Assembly: GCA_049724395.1 (NCBI GenBank)
Contig: JAUGWO010000031.1
Span: forward strand, 1-64,000
Direction of reading: 5' to 3'
From: Spongospora subterranea f. sp. subterranea
Taxonomy: Eukaryota
Length of the DNA stretch: 64,000 nt
Under the pieces are notes generated by a model, which had not been told where the DNA came from, searched no databases, and saw only the letters and a list, made by a program, of their open reading frames with translations. Shown piece after piece: positions 1 to 11,143 of the stretch. Position numbers and translations under genes: made by a program. The first letter of the stretch is position 1, and every line of letters begins with the position of its first letter.

Positions 1-1544
1 CCAAAAGGAAGGCAACCCGGCGGTTTTTGATTCTCACGAAGCCTGGAATTTCATTTTGTCTCAATTTGCTAATTGTGGTCCTTTTGTGATGAAGAAAATC
101 ACAGAAACGTTGAATTGTGCTTAGTTTTGAAGATATTGTGATTATTTTTTGTTAAACATTTATTTTTGTGAAGTACGGTAGGCGGATTTTTGGTTAACAA
201 AAAATCACAATTATCATTGTTCAACTGCCATCCGCATTGAACCAACGCGGGAATTGATTGACGACTCAAAGTGGTAGACTAGATTTTCTTCAATGAAGCG
301 TTTCCTCTTGTCCCAAATAATCAGAGATGGGTAGATGATCGAGAGAAACGGCGTAAAGCTCAGGCTATTGCTGAAGGCGTTGCTCGGTTAGTACGTACGC
401 CGCGAGATGTTCCCTCAGCTCCATTTGCAATCTCTGCAGCTTATGATGTCCACGAATTCTATGCCTTCACAATCCAGCATACCTCGTGAAATCGTAATTG
501 AAGCGTTCCAGCGTCAGTTGCATCGGCGGCTGATGAAAGAACTGTTAAAAACTGTTCAGCAATCGATGCGTGCGTTCAGCAAACGGCTGGTTTTTATTGA
601 ACAATGATGTGGGAAATGCGATCGAAAGCGATTTTTTCTATTTTCAGTCCCGTCTGGGAGCCGTCATATGCATTGCAAATTTGAATATGGAGCTACCATG
701 CTCAATATTCCGGATGAAATATCAAGAACAGGAAACATTTATCATCGAGCATGTCGTGAAGCGCCAAGCGGCAATCCACTAAGCAGATCAACAGCGTATG
801 ATCTTCTGATATCCCACTTCGGCAGGAGTTCACTGAAGATGGTCATGTTATCATCTGTTCCTGAATCGTTTCGAGCACCCCAGCGTTTTCGCATCGGCTC
901 ACCAAATGCTGTTGGCGACATCATTCTCACGAAAAGAACCTATTTCTCAAATAAGGGTTGGTTAACTATTTCACGTTTGTATCGAGTCTACCGCCCGGAT
1001 TCGTCAATCATTGTCTTGACCTAAAGTAAAGCGATTGATGAATGCGGATGAGATGTTTTTGCAATTTTATCCAAAGGAATCGCATCTGATCGCACCGACT
1101 AACGTGGCTCGAGTTGGATCGAATCGAGAAGAGGTCGATAAGCAAGCATGTACTGTAATGGTCGGATGCGAAATGTTTGAGCCACGAATGATGGTGCCGT
1201 AAATCGCAATGACCGGAAGCGATGGGAGACCGGCAATCCACTAAGCCGATCAACAGCAGGGTCACTTTTCATCCCAAACATTGGACGGATAAGCAGGGAT
1301 GTTGCCGTTATCTTCAATGGCTGCGCTTTTGCTATCCGAAGCAAAACTAGGGTTGATCTGGGTGCAGCAACAGGCCACTTTTTTGCGAGCAAGTTACAAG
1401 CAAGGCTGTCGCGACATCGATTTTCGATCCGAAAAGAATCTATTTGATTGCAAACGGTTCCGGTTAACTGGCTTCACATGTTTCATGGGAAATACGAGGT
1501 GATCCGGGGCCGGAGGAAAATATAAAATTGACTGAAGGACATAA

Positions 1545-2570
1545 TGTCGTGGTTTGAAGATGCCTTTGAAGAACTGTGGACACAAACTTAACATCGCTCT
1601 CCTGGCCAAACACGAGGACAATGGAGCTTATAAATCATACGGCATTGTTGATTTTTCAATCAAAAAAGTCCGAATGCCGTGGATCCACCGACATCAGACG
1701 AGATACCGCGGTCCCTTGTGCGACATGATTTTGTCGACCAAATACGTGAGTGCTGAATTAAGCTGGACCATTTTCAGCTGGCTCGGAGCCGGCAGCGCGT
1801 CGCCATTAGACCTTAATAGAATGTATGAACCACCCTTAACCGGTATCATGGGGGACGCTGATATGGCCCAATTCAATGCAACAATGAGGATTTTCAATCA
1901 GTGCTCATACCTGATGTGTTTCTTTCACGTACTCGAAAATGTGTCTTTTTCAAAAGTTGTCAACATTCTCGCTGGAGATAGAATTTGTGCGGTGTTGAGA
2001 CCTTCGCGACGGTATTCATTTCTCATGACATATACTCATTGCATCTCTCTCGAAGCGCATTAGAATTTGCTGAAAAATCTGGTGTGATAATTGCGAGATG
2101 GAGCCGAAGATGCAAGTCCTCCTGCTGTGCAACAACGCTTCGCCGAATATTTTCGGAATTAATGGCTGCAAGAAAATTTTTTGCGATGGGCTATTTATTA
2201 CACCGAGAGGGGAAGGTCGTTACCAACAATCCTAATGAAGAATTTAATGCTCGGATTAACGAGGTAAAACGTCATCAGGCTGACTTTTATAAAAAGGCTT
2301 TGGGCAGACGTCGAATGCACATCCCGCCCTACTGGAAGAGATCGGGCTGTTGATTCAAGCCGGAGAGTGACAATAATCGAACGTTTCATCTGGCTCGAGA
2401 AATATTGGCATTGGCATTCGTATAAATCAAAGGCTGCTGCCCAACCATCGTTGGGCATCCCAGGCGTTTTCATTCTGAGAACGTTTCTGCTGTCCGTCAG
2501 TTTGAAGACACCAGTGAACTCAGCTTCGTCAGGCCCATCTCGCTCATCTAAAAACCGGTTGTTCTAACTG
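1545..2570 (+). mobile_element. Degraded MULE (Mutator-like) transposase pseudogene
   Basis: The ORF pieces carry the MULE core motifs GIMGDADMAQFNA...YLMCFFHVLENV and TNNPNEEFNARI, broken by frameshifts. Confidence 0.6.
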
Positions 2571-2669
2571 AGACACCAGCATTTATTGCTCATTTTTATC
2601 ACGCGAGAATATAGGAGATGATTAGACCTAAGTTTGTTGAAACGTCTTATCAAACTCTCTGATGCCACA

Positions 2670-2962
2670 AGAGCCCGATGAAAGGTTCCTTTATTGTCAC
2701 TCTCAGCTTAAATCAACAGCCCGATCTCTTCCAGTAGGATGGGGATGTGCATTCGACGTCTGCTCAAAGCCTGCAATCCTTTATAGAAGCTCATACTGTC
2801 AGCTTGATGACTTTTTTACCTCCTTGATCCAGCATTAAATCCTTTATTAGGATTGTTGGGAGCGGACCTTCCCCTCTCGCTCGAAAATCTTCCTTGCAGC
2901 CATTGATTCCGAAAAAATTCTTGCGAAGCGTTGCACAGAAGGAGGACTTGCGTCTTGGCTCA
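2670..2962 (-). mobile_element. Second, diverged MULE fragment in inverted orientation
   Basis: The reverse complement aligns by eye to about 2100-2400 (e.g. GCAGACGTCGAATGCACATCCC...CCTACTGGAAGAGATCGGGCTGTTGATT), with many substitutions and indels. Confidence 0.7.
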
Positions 2963-2964
2963 GC

Positions 2965-3231
2965 CATAGTTGTGCTGTTGTTGCACAATAGCTAGACCTG
3001 CTTATACTGCACCTGTGCCAGGCGCATGCTGATTTCGGCTAACGCTGCGCGATCGTTGCGTCGCTCTGTTGAAGATTCAGCGTTAGGCTCGTGGTGCAAA
3101 TACGAGTCTATGTCCATTCGGATGAGTTGGGTCTCAACCTTCCGTTTGAAAGTGTCCCAGTTTGTGCCGTCAAACTCTGGGATCAGATTTAGGCCGCCTT
3201 TATATTTGGTGCTGTCCACGTCCTTCCTCAA
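2965..3231 (-). mobile_element. Ty1/Copia gag N-terminal fragment
   Basis: IPEFDGTNWDTFKRKVETQL...DRAALAEISMRL resembles the Copia gag N-terminus. It ends in a stop and is truncated. Confidence 0.6.
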
Positions 3232-3484
3232 CGGGTGAATTGTTATCGATCTTGTCGACTCCCATCGTCGCTCTGGCGGGCTGTTGCCGTCGGCGATATT
3301 TTTGACCTCGTCTCTGCTGTGGCGGTCATGGTGGTGGGTCCTTGCGTTGGCTTTACTCTGGCCACCGTTCTGTGTCGATGAGCTCTGTCGCGCAACTTGG
3401 TAGAGCTGGGACTCTTAATCTTCAGGTGGTGTTCGTGTAATAGACCAGAGCTGTTGACCAGGATGTTAGGAAGAAGTAGCGATT

Positions 3485-3550
3485 TACTCCCTCTGTCCCA
3501 TAATAACTGTCGCTTACGCACTTTTTGTTTGTCCCGAATTAATTGTCGCA
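3485..3550 (+). mobile_element. Mariner/Stowaway-type left terminal inverted repeat
   Basis: TA followed by CTCCCTCTGTCCCATAATAACTGTCGC, with a subterminal echo TGTCCCGAATTAATTGTCGC. Confidence 0.65.
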
Positions 3551-3670
3551 TACAGTACCGGACATCTTAACACCACAGACATTTCAAATTGGAAATAAGA
3601 AAGTGCGTACGCAGATACAATATGCGCAACGGCGCAAAATATAAGTGCAACTGCACCTGTTTTTCCCAAA

Positions 3671-5706
3671 TCAAAGATCGTTTATTATGCGAACTGGCAA
3701 GCTTCTATGACGCTTATAAACTTTGACAGCATACTCTACTTGGCGCATGGTCAGTCTGTTGCCATCGGGACCATTAACGCGATAGGCGTCCATGTATCTG
3801 AAGCATTTGCGTGCAAACCGACGAATCTGGGACACGGTCACTGCCTGAAGTGCCAGGGGAACAACGCATTTCAAGTCCTTGAAGGAATAAGTACAGTTTC
3901 TTCGTGTGTAGCTCTTACACGCGGCCCAATACATTTCTATGAAGTTGAATTCACAATGGAACTTAGGATAGAAATCAACAATAAATCCATCGTGACACTC
4001 AACGACCTCATTCAACCATTGCTTCTGTTGTTGAAAATCAGGTTGAGACTGCAGAATTTCACAAGATCCTTTTAAAGACATAGTGTTATCCCATAAGCTA
4101 CGTTCTTTCAAAATTGAGCGGACCCCTTTTTGGATACCGGCTTCGGTCTGCGTCTTTTGAATTATTTTGGCACCAGAGCCATCAACAAACCAACCATCTC
4201 GCTGGGGTCTTGTCTTGACTCCACCATCACTAAGATTGAGCACGCGGGCATTCAAGGCATTCGGAGGTAGAGAACGATGGTTTTGAGAATTATCGAACAG
4301 GAATAACGCGTGCGATTCGGGGTGCAGAATCTTGAAAATCGGAATGACTTTCTTTTGAAGCTGGTTAACCAAATCAGCATTGGTCCAATAACCGTCGGCG
4401 TTCTTCCCAGGCTCGATTATGGTTACGGTTGCTGACGGTATTAGAGGATGCAATGCTTGCAGTTGTGGCGATAATCTCATTGCACCATGGCATTGACATA
4501 AGAATTCCGATACCATCAAACTCTTCCCTTCCCCTTTGGGACGTATGGGTAAATGATTTTTATCCATCCAGATGTGTTTTTTTCCATCATGAGAACTGAA
4601 ACAAGATTCATGGTGAGTCACAAGAATCAGTTGCTTAACTCCGTCTGGAATGTCAGAGAATATTTCACCTTCCATATCGTCCCCATCGAACTTGATCATT
4701 CGTTCATCGTATTGCCTCATGCGCCGTAGAAAATCTTGTCGATATGACACAACGTCTGCCCTTTCGTGGCCATCTTGATACAACCCCTTCTGGTAACCCC
4801 CATATTTTAGTCCAAGAACATGCATCCATCTCGACGCAGTTCGTTCAGAGATAATGATCGGGCGCGGCAACCCCAGTTGTAAATGAAGTGACTCCTGAAC
4901 CCATTTTGAGAATGAAAGCGCTGAGATCAAATCGTGCCTTTGAGATCGAAGCCAACCTCGACAGTTAATGACAACGTCTTCTTCGTGAATAAACGATTTC
5001 ACCTTGAAGTGCAAACCTTGGCTATGGTCGGGCAATCTCTGATTCTTTCTAAAAAATTCCGCCCATTTTCTGATAGTTCTACCGTGCCAGGTAGCACTTA
5101 AACTTGGAAATACATTTGTTGCCGATTCGGACGATGCTTTTGTTCTCGAGAGTCCTTGAACAAGTCCTATAGAGTATTTCTCGATGCTTTGATACCTAAG
5201 GAGATCATATTTGGTCACGTGGGCGAGCCGCTTTTCGTCTTGATGTTCTTCGTCACTGATGTGAGGCGGGATAACAGTTGTAATGCGGTTGGTATGTCTA
5301 TGAAAGTCTCGTCCACTGCTTCCGGAGATTCCGCTTCAAAAACTTCGGCGACAATTTCAGCTGTTGCACTTCTCGGTTTGAACCAATTGGTAATTTTAGG
5401 GACGTTTGCGACTGAGTTGATACGAGCTTGACGCTCTTTTTGTCGCCGCCACCGAGTGGTATCGCTATCACCGGAATAACACGAGCGAAGATGGGATCCA
5501 GCACCATTTATCCAAACTAACGTTGATGTGTTAGCATCAACGGCTACGTCATCGTCATCATCGCAAATAACGTAGCTTTCGTTGTCAGACGACTGATTAC
5601 CTTCAAGACAAACTTCCTTATTGTCAATAGTCGCAGAGATGCGTTTTAGATTCTGGATATTTCTAGCTTCGGCTAGCTGCTTCCATCGAGAGTTCTTGGG
5701 AGCCAT
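3671..5706 (-). mobile_element. IS630/Tc1-mariner-type DDE transposase with a long D-E spacer; one frameshift near 5230 and first catalytic Asp read as His
   Basis: Motifs HERADVV, LVTH(H)ESCF, FLFDNSQNH and PKFHCEFNFIEMYW. The N-terminal part (MAPKNSR..YSGDSDTTRWRR) is in the adjacent frame. An imperfect 18-bp inverted repeat sits at 3600-3617 and 5812-5829. Confidence 0.8.
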
Positions 5707-6147
5707 TGTCAGCAGTTTGATGATTTTCAAGTTTTGAGTCCGGACTGCGCAGTAAAATTTGCGATCCTCGGGGTCACAATTTGCGCCACGGTGTGTAAGA
5801 ATATGCGGCAATATGTGCGAACGCACTTTGTGAGCATTTTGATTTTCCACCATATAAATTTCAAAAATGTTCTCTTACATACAAACTTTGGACTCTATCG
5901 GCGCAGCCGCTATTCAAGTTAAAGACACAATCGAGGTGTCATATTGTTCAGAAGGCAAAAAGCTATCGATTAACACCTTCTAAACAGATTGATTGAGCTA
6001 GCTGAAGGCTGCTCAAAGAACAGCAGACGGAGGCGTCAGATGGGATGGCGAACACCCACCAGGCGTCTGACGGCCGAGGTGATTCAGCCGTAAAGATCTG
6101 GCGAAAGAGAATTGCAGACTTGATGTGGTCTGACTATTTGACTCTTA

Positions 6148-6166
6148 GGTCCCGTTTGGATGCCAC
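6148..6166 (+). mobile_element. PIF/Harbinger family 1 TIR (Myb-side end), preceded by TTA
   Basis: TTA|GGTCCCGTTTGGATGCCAC followed by TTTTGCAAAA subterminal repeats. Confidence 0.85.
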
Positions 6167-6378
6167 GGGTCCGCAATTTTGCAAAATTCTTAGTTTGCAA
6201 AATTCTGGTAAAATTTTGCAAAATTCTTAGTTTGCAAAATTCTGGTAAAATTTTGCAAAGTTTCAATTTGCTGTTTCCCCGTGCGTTTGGCAGCATCCCG
6301 ATCAAAAGGTCCGCATTGCATCAACTGTAGGTACCATAGAGCAGCACCCTCTATAACTACCTACTCCTATTTCTTAAT

Positions 6379-7498
6379 ATGGTGGCTGCCAAATCAGAAG
6401 CACGAGCTAAATGGACGGTGGAAAAGCAACAACGTCTAATGGAGCTAATGAGTGATGAGGCGAGTTGGATTTTTAAATTTTCAACACTCTCTCATTGAGT
6501 GCAGGTTGTCAAGTGTGGAAAATCGGAAAACGGGTACAAGAAGCAATCATGGCATGCTGTTACCTTGGCATTCAATAAGGAATTCGCCACTGTTTATGAA
6601 TCCCGTCAATTGAAATCACAACTGAACGAGGTATGCACAGGACGCTATGATCATAGTCTGGAATCAGGTTCCCATTAATTGACAGCTCAAAAGCAATTGG
6701 AAACTGCTGAAACAGTTGAAGAATAACAGCGGGTTTGGATGGGACGAACAGCGTCAACTTCCAACTGCACCTGATCAAACATGGGACGAGCTGATTGAGG
6801 TCAATTGATTTCTGATCCTGCTCTATATTAATTGTAATACGATGGTGATTGTGTTGTTAGGTCAAACCCAAAAATGCGATTTTTAGGGAAAATCCATGGG
6901 TTTTGTTTTCAGCTGCCGACATTTTATTTGAGGGGACTGCTGCCACAGGCGAGTTCGCCATCGAATCAAATGTCCATGTGCTCCACCAGTTTCAGAGGGG
7001 TTTTTTCCGTACCCTCCTCGTTCCAGCCTCTCGGTTATAGCTGACTCGATATGCGAGGATGATTACCAGTCCTCAAGCAGCTCTGATCACAACAAAGCGC
7101 CCAAGCGTAGGAAAAGTGGTGCCAGACCACGTTCGAACGAGTTCACTCCCAATGGAGGCGGAGCTGTGGCAGCTCGCCCGGTGTCTACCACTCCCCGAGG
7201 AAGAAACAGTCCAGCGTGGGCAATCGCAGACGCGTTGGCGAAGTTTGCTGAATCTCGTGCTCCCATGCCAGCTAGCAAACCCACTCCCTCACTGGAGCGC
7301 GCCATTCAAGTATTGGAGCTGGACTACGCTGATCTCTTCACCGATGAAGAGCTGGCCAGTGCGTACGAAGTGATGGAAAATGAAGTAAAGGCATTAAACT
7401 TCAGTTTAATGCGAAAAGGTTCTGCCAGGGATATCTGGCTTCGCAAACAGGTTACGCTATTGTCGTCGCAACATGAATCTCAGTTTATGCCTTATTAA
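6379..7498 (+). CDS. Harbinger family 1 Myb/SANT-like DNA-binding protein, copy 1 (spliced; 2-nt insertion near 6985)
   Basis: ARAKWTVEKQ..NGYKKQSWHAV..AFN..QLKSQ..LKNNSGFGWDEQRQLPTAPDQTWDE..LFEGTAATGEFA, the typical Myb_DNA-bind_3 pattern. Confidence 0.85.
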
Positions 7499-7512
7499 AA
7501 GTTGTTTTTCGA

Positions 7513-7700
7513 AAGCGGCGATGACTCGTTCGTGAGCAACGCTATGATCAAGAACAGCAGACGGAGGCGTCAGATGGGATGGCGAACACCCACCAGGCGT
7601 CTGACGGCCGAGGTGATTCAGCCGTAAAGATCTGGCGAAAGAGAATTGCAGACTTGATGTGGTCTGACTATTTGACTCTTAGATCGAAAAACAACTTTTA
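7513..7700 (+). mobile_element. Harbinger family 1 transposase 3' tail with its native stop
   Basis: It reads ...ADLMWSDYLTLRSKNNF*, and the stop overlaps the convergent Myb gene stop in TTTTAATAAG. Confidence 0.85.
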
Positions 7701-8817
7701 ATAAGGCATAAACTGAGATTCATGTTGCGACGACAATAGCGTAACCTGTTTGCGAAGCCAGATATCCCTGGCAGAACCTTTTCGCATTAAACTGAAGTTT
7801 AATGCCTTTACTTCATTTTCCATCACTTCGTACGCACTGGCCAGCTCTTCATCGGTGAAGAGATCAGCGTAGTCCAGCTCCAATACTTGAATGGCGCGCT
7901 CCAGTGAGGGAGTGGGTTTGCTAGCTGGCATGGGAGCACGAGATTCAGCAAACTTCGCCAACGCGTCTGCGATTGCCCACGCTGGACTGTTTCTTCCTCG
8001 GGGAGTGGTAGACACCGGGCGAGCTGCCACAGCTCCGCCTCCATTGGGAGTGAACTCGTTCGAACGTGGTCTGGCACCACTTTTCCTACGCTTGGGCGCT
8101 TTGTTGTGATCAGAGCTGCTTGAGGACTGGTAATCATCCTCGCATATCGAGTCAGCTATAACCGAGAGGCTGGAACGAGGAGGGTACGGAAAAAACCCCT
8201 CTGAAACTGGGAGCACATGGACATTTGATTCGATGGCGAACTCGCCTGTGGCAGCAGTCCCCTCAAATAAAATGTCGGCAGCTGAAAACAAAACCCATGG
8301 ATTTTCCCTAAAAATCGCATTTTTGGGTTTGACCTAACAACACAATCACCATCGTATTACAATTAATATAGAGCAGGATCAGAAATCAATTGACCTCAAT
8401 CAGCGCGTCCCATGTTTGATCAGGTGCAGTTGGAAGTTGACGCTGTTCGTCCCATCCAAACCCGCTGTTATTCTTCAACTGTTTCAGCAGTTTCCAATTG
8501 CTTTTGAGCTGTCAATTAATGGGAACCTGATTCCAGACTATGATCATAGCGTCCTGTGCATACCTCGTTCAGTTGTGATTTCAATTGACGGGATTCATAA
8601 ACAGTGGCGAATTCCTTATTGAATGCCAAGGTAACAGAGCATGCCATGATTGCTTCTTGTACCCGTTTTCCGATTTTCCACACTTGACAACCTGCACTCA
8701 ATGAGAGAGTGTTGAAAATTTAAAAATCCAACTCGCCTCATCACTCATTAGCTCCATTAGACGTTGTTGCTTTTCCACCGTCCATTTAGCTCGTGCTTCT
8801 GATTTGGCAGCCACCAT
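7698..8817 (-). CDS. Harbinger family 1 Myb/SANT-like DNA-binding protein, copy 2 (spliced; 2-nt insertion near 8638)
   Basis: Reverse-complement copy of 6379-7498. Confidence 0.85.
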
Positions 8818-8865
8818 ATTAAGAAATAGGAGTAGGTAGTTATAGAGGGTGCTGCTCTATGGTAC

Positions 8866-10285
8866 CTACAGTTGATGCAATGCGGACCTTTTGATCGGGA
8901 TGCTGCCAAACGCACGGGGAAACAGCAAATTGAAACTTTGCAAAATTTTACCAGAATTTTGCAAACTAAGAATTTTGCAAAATTGCGGACCCGTGGCATC
9001 CAAACGGGACCTAAGAGTCAAATAGTCAGACCACATCAAGTCTGCAATTCTCTTTCGCCAGATCTTTACGGCTGAATCACCTCGGCCGTCAGACGCCTGG
9101 TGGGTGTTCGCCATCCCATCTGACGCCTCCGTCTGCTGTTCTTGATCATAGCGTTGCACGAACGAGTCATCGCCGCTTTGTTTTCTAATCAAATTATGGA
9201 GGACGCAGAGCGCTAGCACCAGCTTAACTTGACAGGAATAGGGGTACGACGGAGGGGATGTCAATATAGGAAAACGCTTTTTCATTACCCCAAAGATTCT
9301 CTCAATCACGTTTCGCAGTTGAGCGTGACGCAGGTTGAAGAGTTCTTCGGCGTTTCTCGGCCTGTTAAACATAGTGAGTTCGATCAGGCTATCGCAGATA
9401 ATGACGATACTTTTCATTTCCTTGTCCCCATTCTTTGAGATGATATCGTACACCACGGAAAGGTGTCAGACAATCTTTGGATAGCCCATAACCGGCGTCG
9501 CCAAGGTAGTATTTGCCATCTGGGATAGCGAAAGATTTCGATCTGGCACTCTCAAAAACAGTACCATCTGCGGCAGACCCCTCCCATCCGGGGAGAACAT
9601 ATAAAAAATACATGTCAAACGAGCTGGCAGCGAGAACGTTCTGGCTGTAAAAGCCTTTTCGGTTCCGAAACGGCACAGCGTTTCCTCGGGGCGGAGTTGC
9701 TGGAATATGTGTTCCGTCCAGCGCACCAATACAGTCCTTAAAATACGGGAAGAATTTCCTGTTTCTAATCACTTCTGGTGGAGTTACACTCGATGGCAGG
9801 AAGATGTAATCGCCAGCCATGGTCACTAGAGCATCGACAACAGCGTTGACGTGTCTTGACAGCGAGTCAATATTGAGGACATTGTGATCAGCAAGTCTTT
9901 ACCTGCTAATCGTTTCTCCCGAGTGTTGAAACCGTTCTTGAGCACTTCGGTTGGACGCATTTTGGCCAACGATATACAAGAAGATAGCCAATTGCTCTTC
10001 CGTGCTGACACCACGTGAGGGTATTAATCCTCCCCTTACGACGATCGCACTTTTCAAAGCAAAGAAAGTAGTACGAGTCATTCGGCAGAACTCCAAAAAC
10101 CGGCGCTCATTGGTTGAAAGTTGCAGCAGTTCTTGCATGTATAGATGGCCCGTCATTATTGAGGTCCGACATGGCTCTCTACACAAATAGTGTATTGCAT
10201 ACCATCCGGCCGTTAAAACGGCAATGTCGGTGACAGAATCGTCACCGCAATCGGTGTCTTCATGATGCAGGGAAGAACCAGACAT
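8866..10285 (-). CDS. PIF/Harbinger DDE transposase (HARBI1-like), 3 exons; native C-terminal residues replaced by read-through into an inserted TIR
   Basis: Motifs EEQLAIFLY, ERFQHSGETISR, CIGALDGTH, GWEGSAAD, YYLGDAGY, ELFNLRHAQLRNVIERIFG. GT-AG introns near 9902-9856 and 9409-9362 join the frames. Confidence 0.93.
8993..9011 (-). mobile_element. PIF/Harbinger family 1 TIR (Myb-side end), followed by TAA
   Basis: GTGGCATCCAAACGGGACC|TAA. Confidence 0.85.
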
Positions 10286-10499
10286 TTTTATGTATACCGT
10301 ATCCCCGAACTCCCTTCGCGGAATTTTTCAATTTGCCACCGGAATATTTAGGTCGAAGCTAAAAATTCTATTTTGCAAAATTACCGTGGATTTTGCAAAA
10401 TAACCAATTTTGCAAAATATGCTCCCAAACGCGCCGCGCAAGTTTTATTTTGTAAAATCGTCAATTTTGCAAAATATCCGTGGAATTTTGCAATATTTG

Positions 10500-10516
10500 G
10501 TGACATCCAAACGGGC
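10500..10516 (-). mobile_element. PIF/Harbinger family 1 TIR (transposase-side end)
   Basis: GTGACATCCAAACGGGC with a TTTTGCAAAA cluster at 10371-10475. The terminal bases and TSD are not clean. Confidence 0.75.
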
Positions 10517-10589
10517 TGCACGGCACTATTAATGTTGATGAAGTGGTTTTACCTCACATAAGCTGCACAATGACGTTATTTACCTCCTT

Positions 10590-10790
10590 CCGGATAAATA
10601 CCAGCCATGCGTACGTGCCAAAACAAAATTTTATCATGAAAGTAATGCTTCTAGCTGCGGTGTCGAGGCCAGTTTTCCAAAGCAATGGCATTGTGGCTTT
10701 TGACGAAAAACGCGGCATCTGACCCTTTGTTTCACAGCAACCAGTCAAAAAGTCAAGTAAAAACCGACTTGCCGGTACAATGATCACTAC
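10590..10790 (+). mobile_element. DD39D mariner transposase fragment
   Basis: It translates to FIMKVMLLAAVSRPVF..FDEKRGI*PFV..KSSKNRLAGT, homologous to 11880-12050. Confidence 0.65.
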
Positions 10791-11143
10791 TGAGATGCTG
10801 TATGCACTGATGTACCGACATATTTGAACTCCTCTTGAAATAAACAGATATTGCGCAGCGTTTGGCTGCCATTTTCACCTTTATAACATATCGCGATATT
10901 GGGGCAAATATCATGAAGTAAAGTACTAACTTACGCATTTTTTGGCGGGATTAACGGCAATTTTAGAGAAAAATGATTGAAAGTTTGAGGAAAACGTTTT
11001 CGCATGCTTTATCTGTTAGAACCTCGGTCGATGTTTGCAGTAAATTGAATACAGATCAAGAGCGGGAAAGGAATGAAAGGAAACCAATGGCGGTATGAGA
11101 TAGCCCAAATAGGAGATAGAGTATATGACTGGTAACGATACAT

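Larger units (their letters stand above)
6016..9143. repeat. Near-perfect inverted repeat of about 1.5 kb (arms 6016-7512 and 7683-9143, spacer about 170 bp)
   Basis: The ORF track gives mirror-image ORFs (7059+/7823-, 7087-/7891+, 6572-/8416+). The arms differ by a few small indels and at least one substitution. Confidence 0.95.

Noticed and set aside
3551..3566. TA|CAGTACCGG as a Tc1-type TIR
   Set aside because: No matching inverted copy is found at the other end of the element.
5215..5853. Separate 212-aa gene
   Set aside because: It is better explained as the frameshifted N-terminus of the adjacent DDE transposase.
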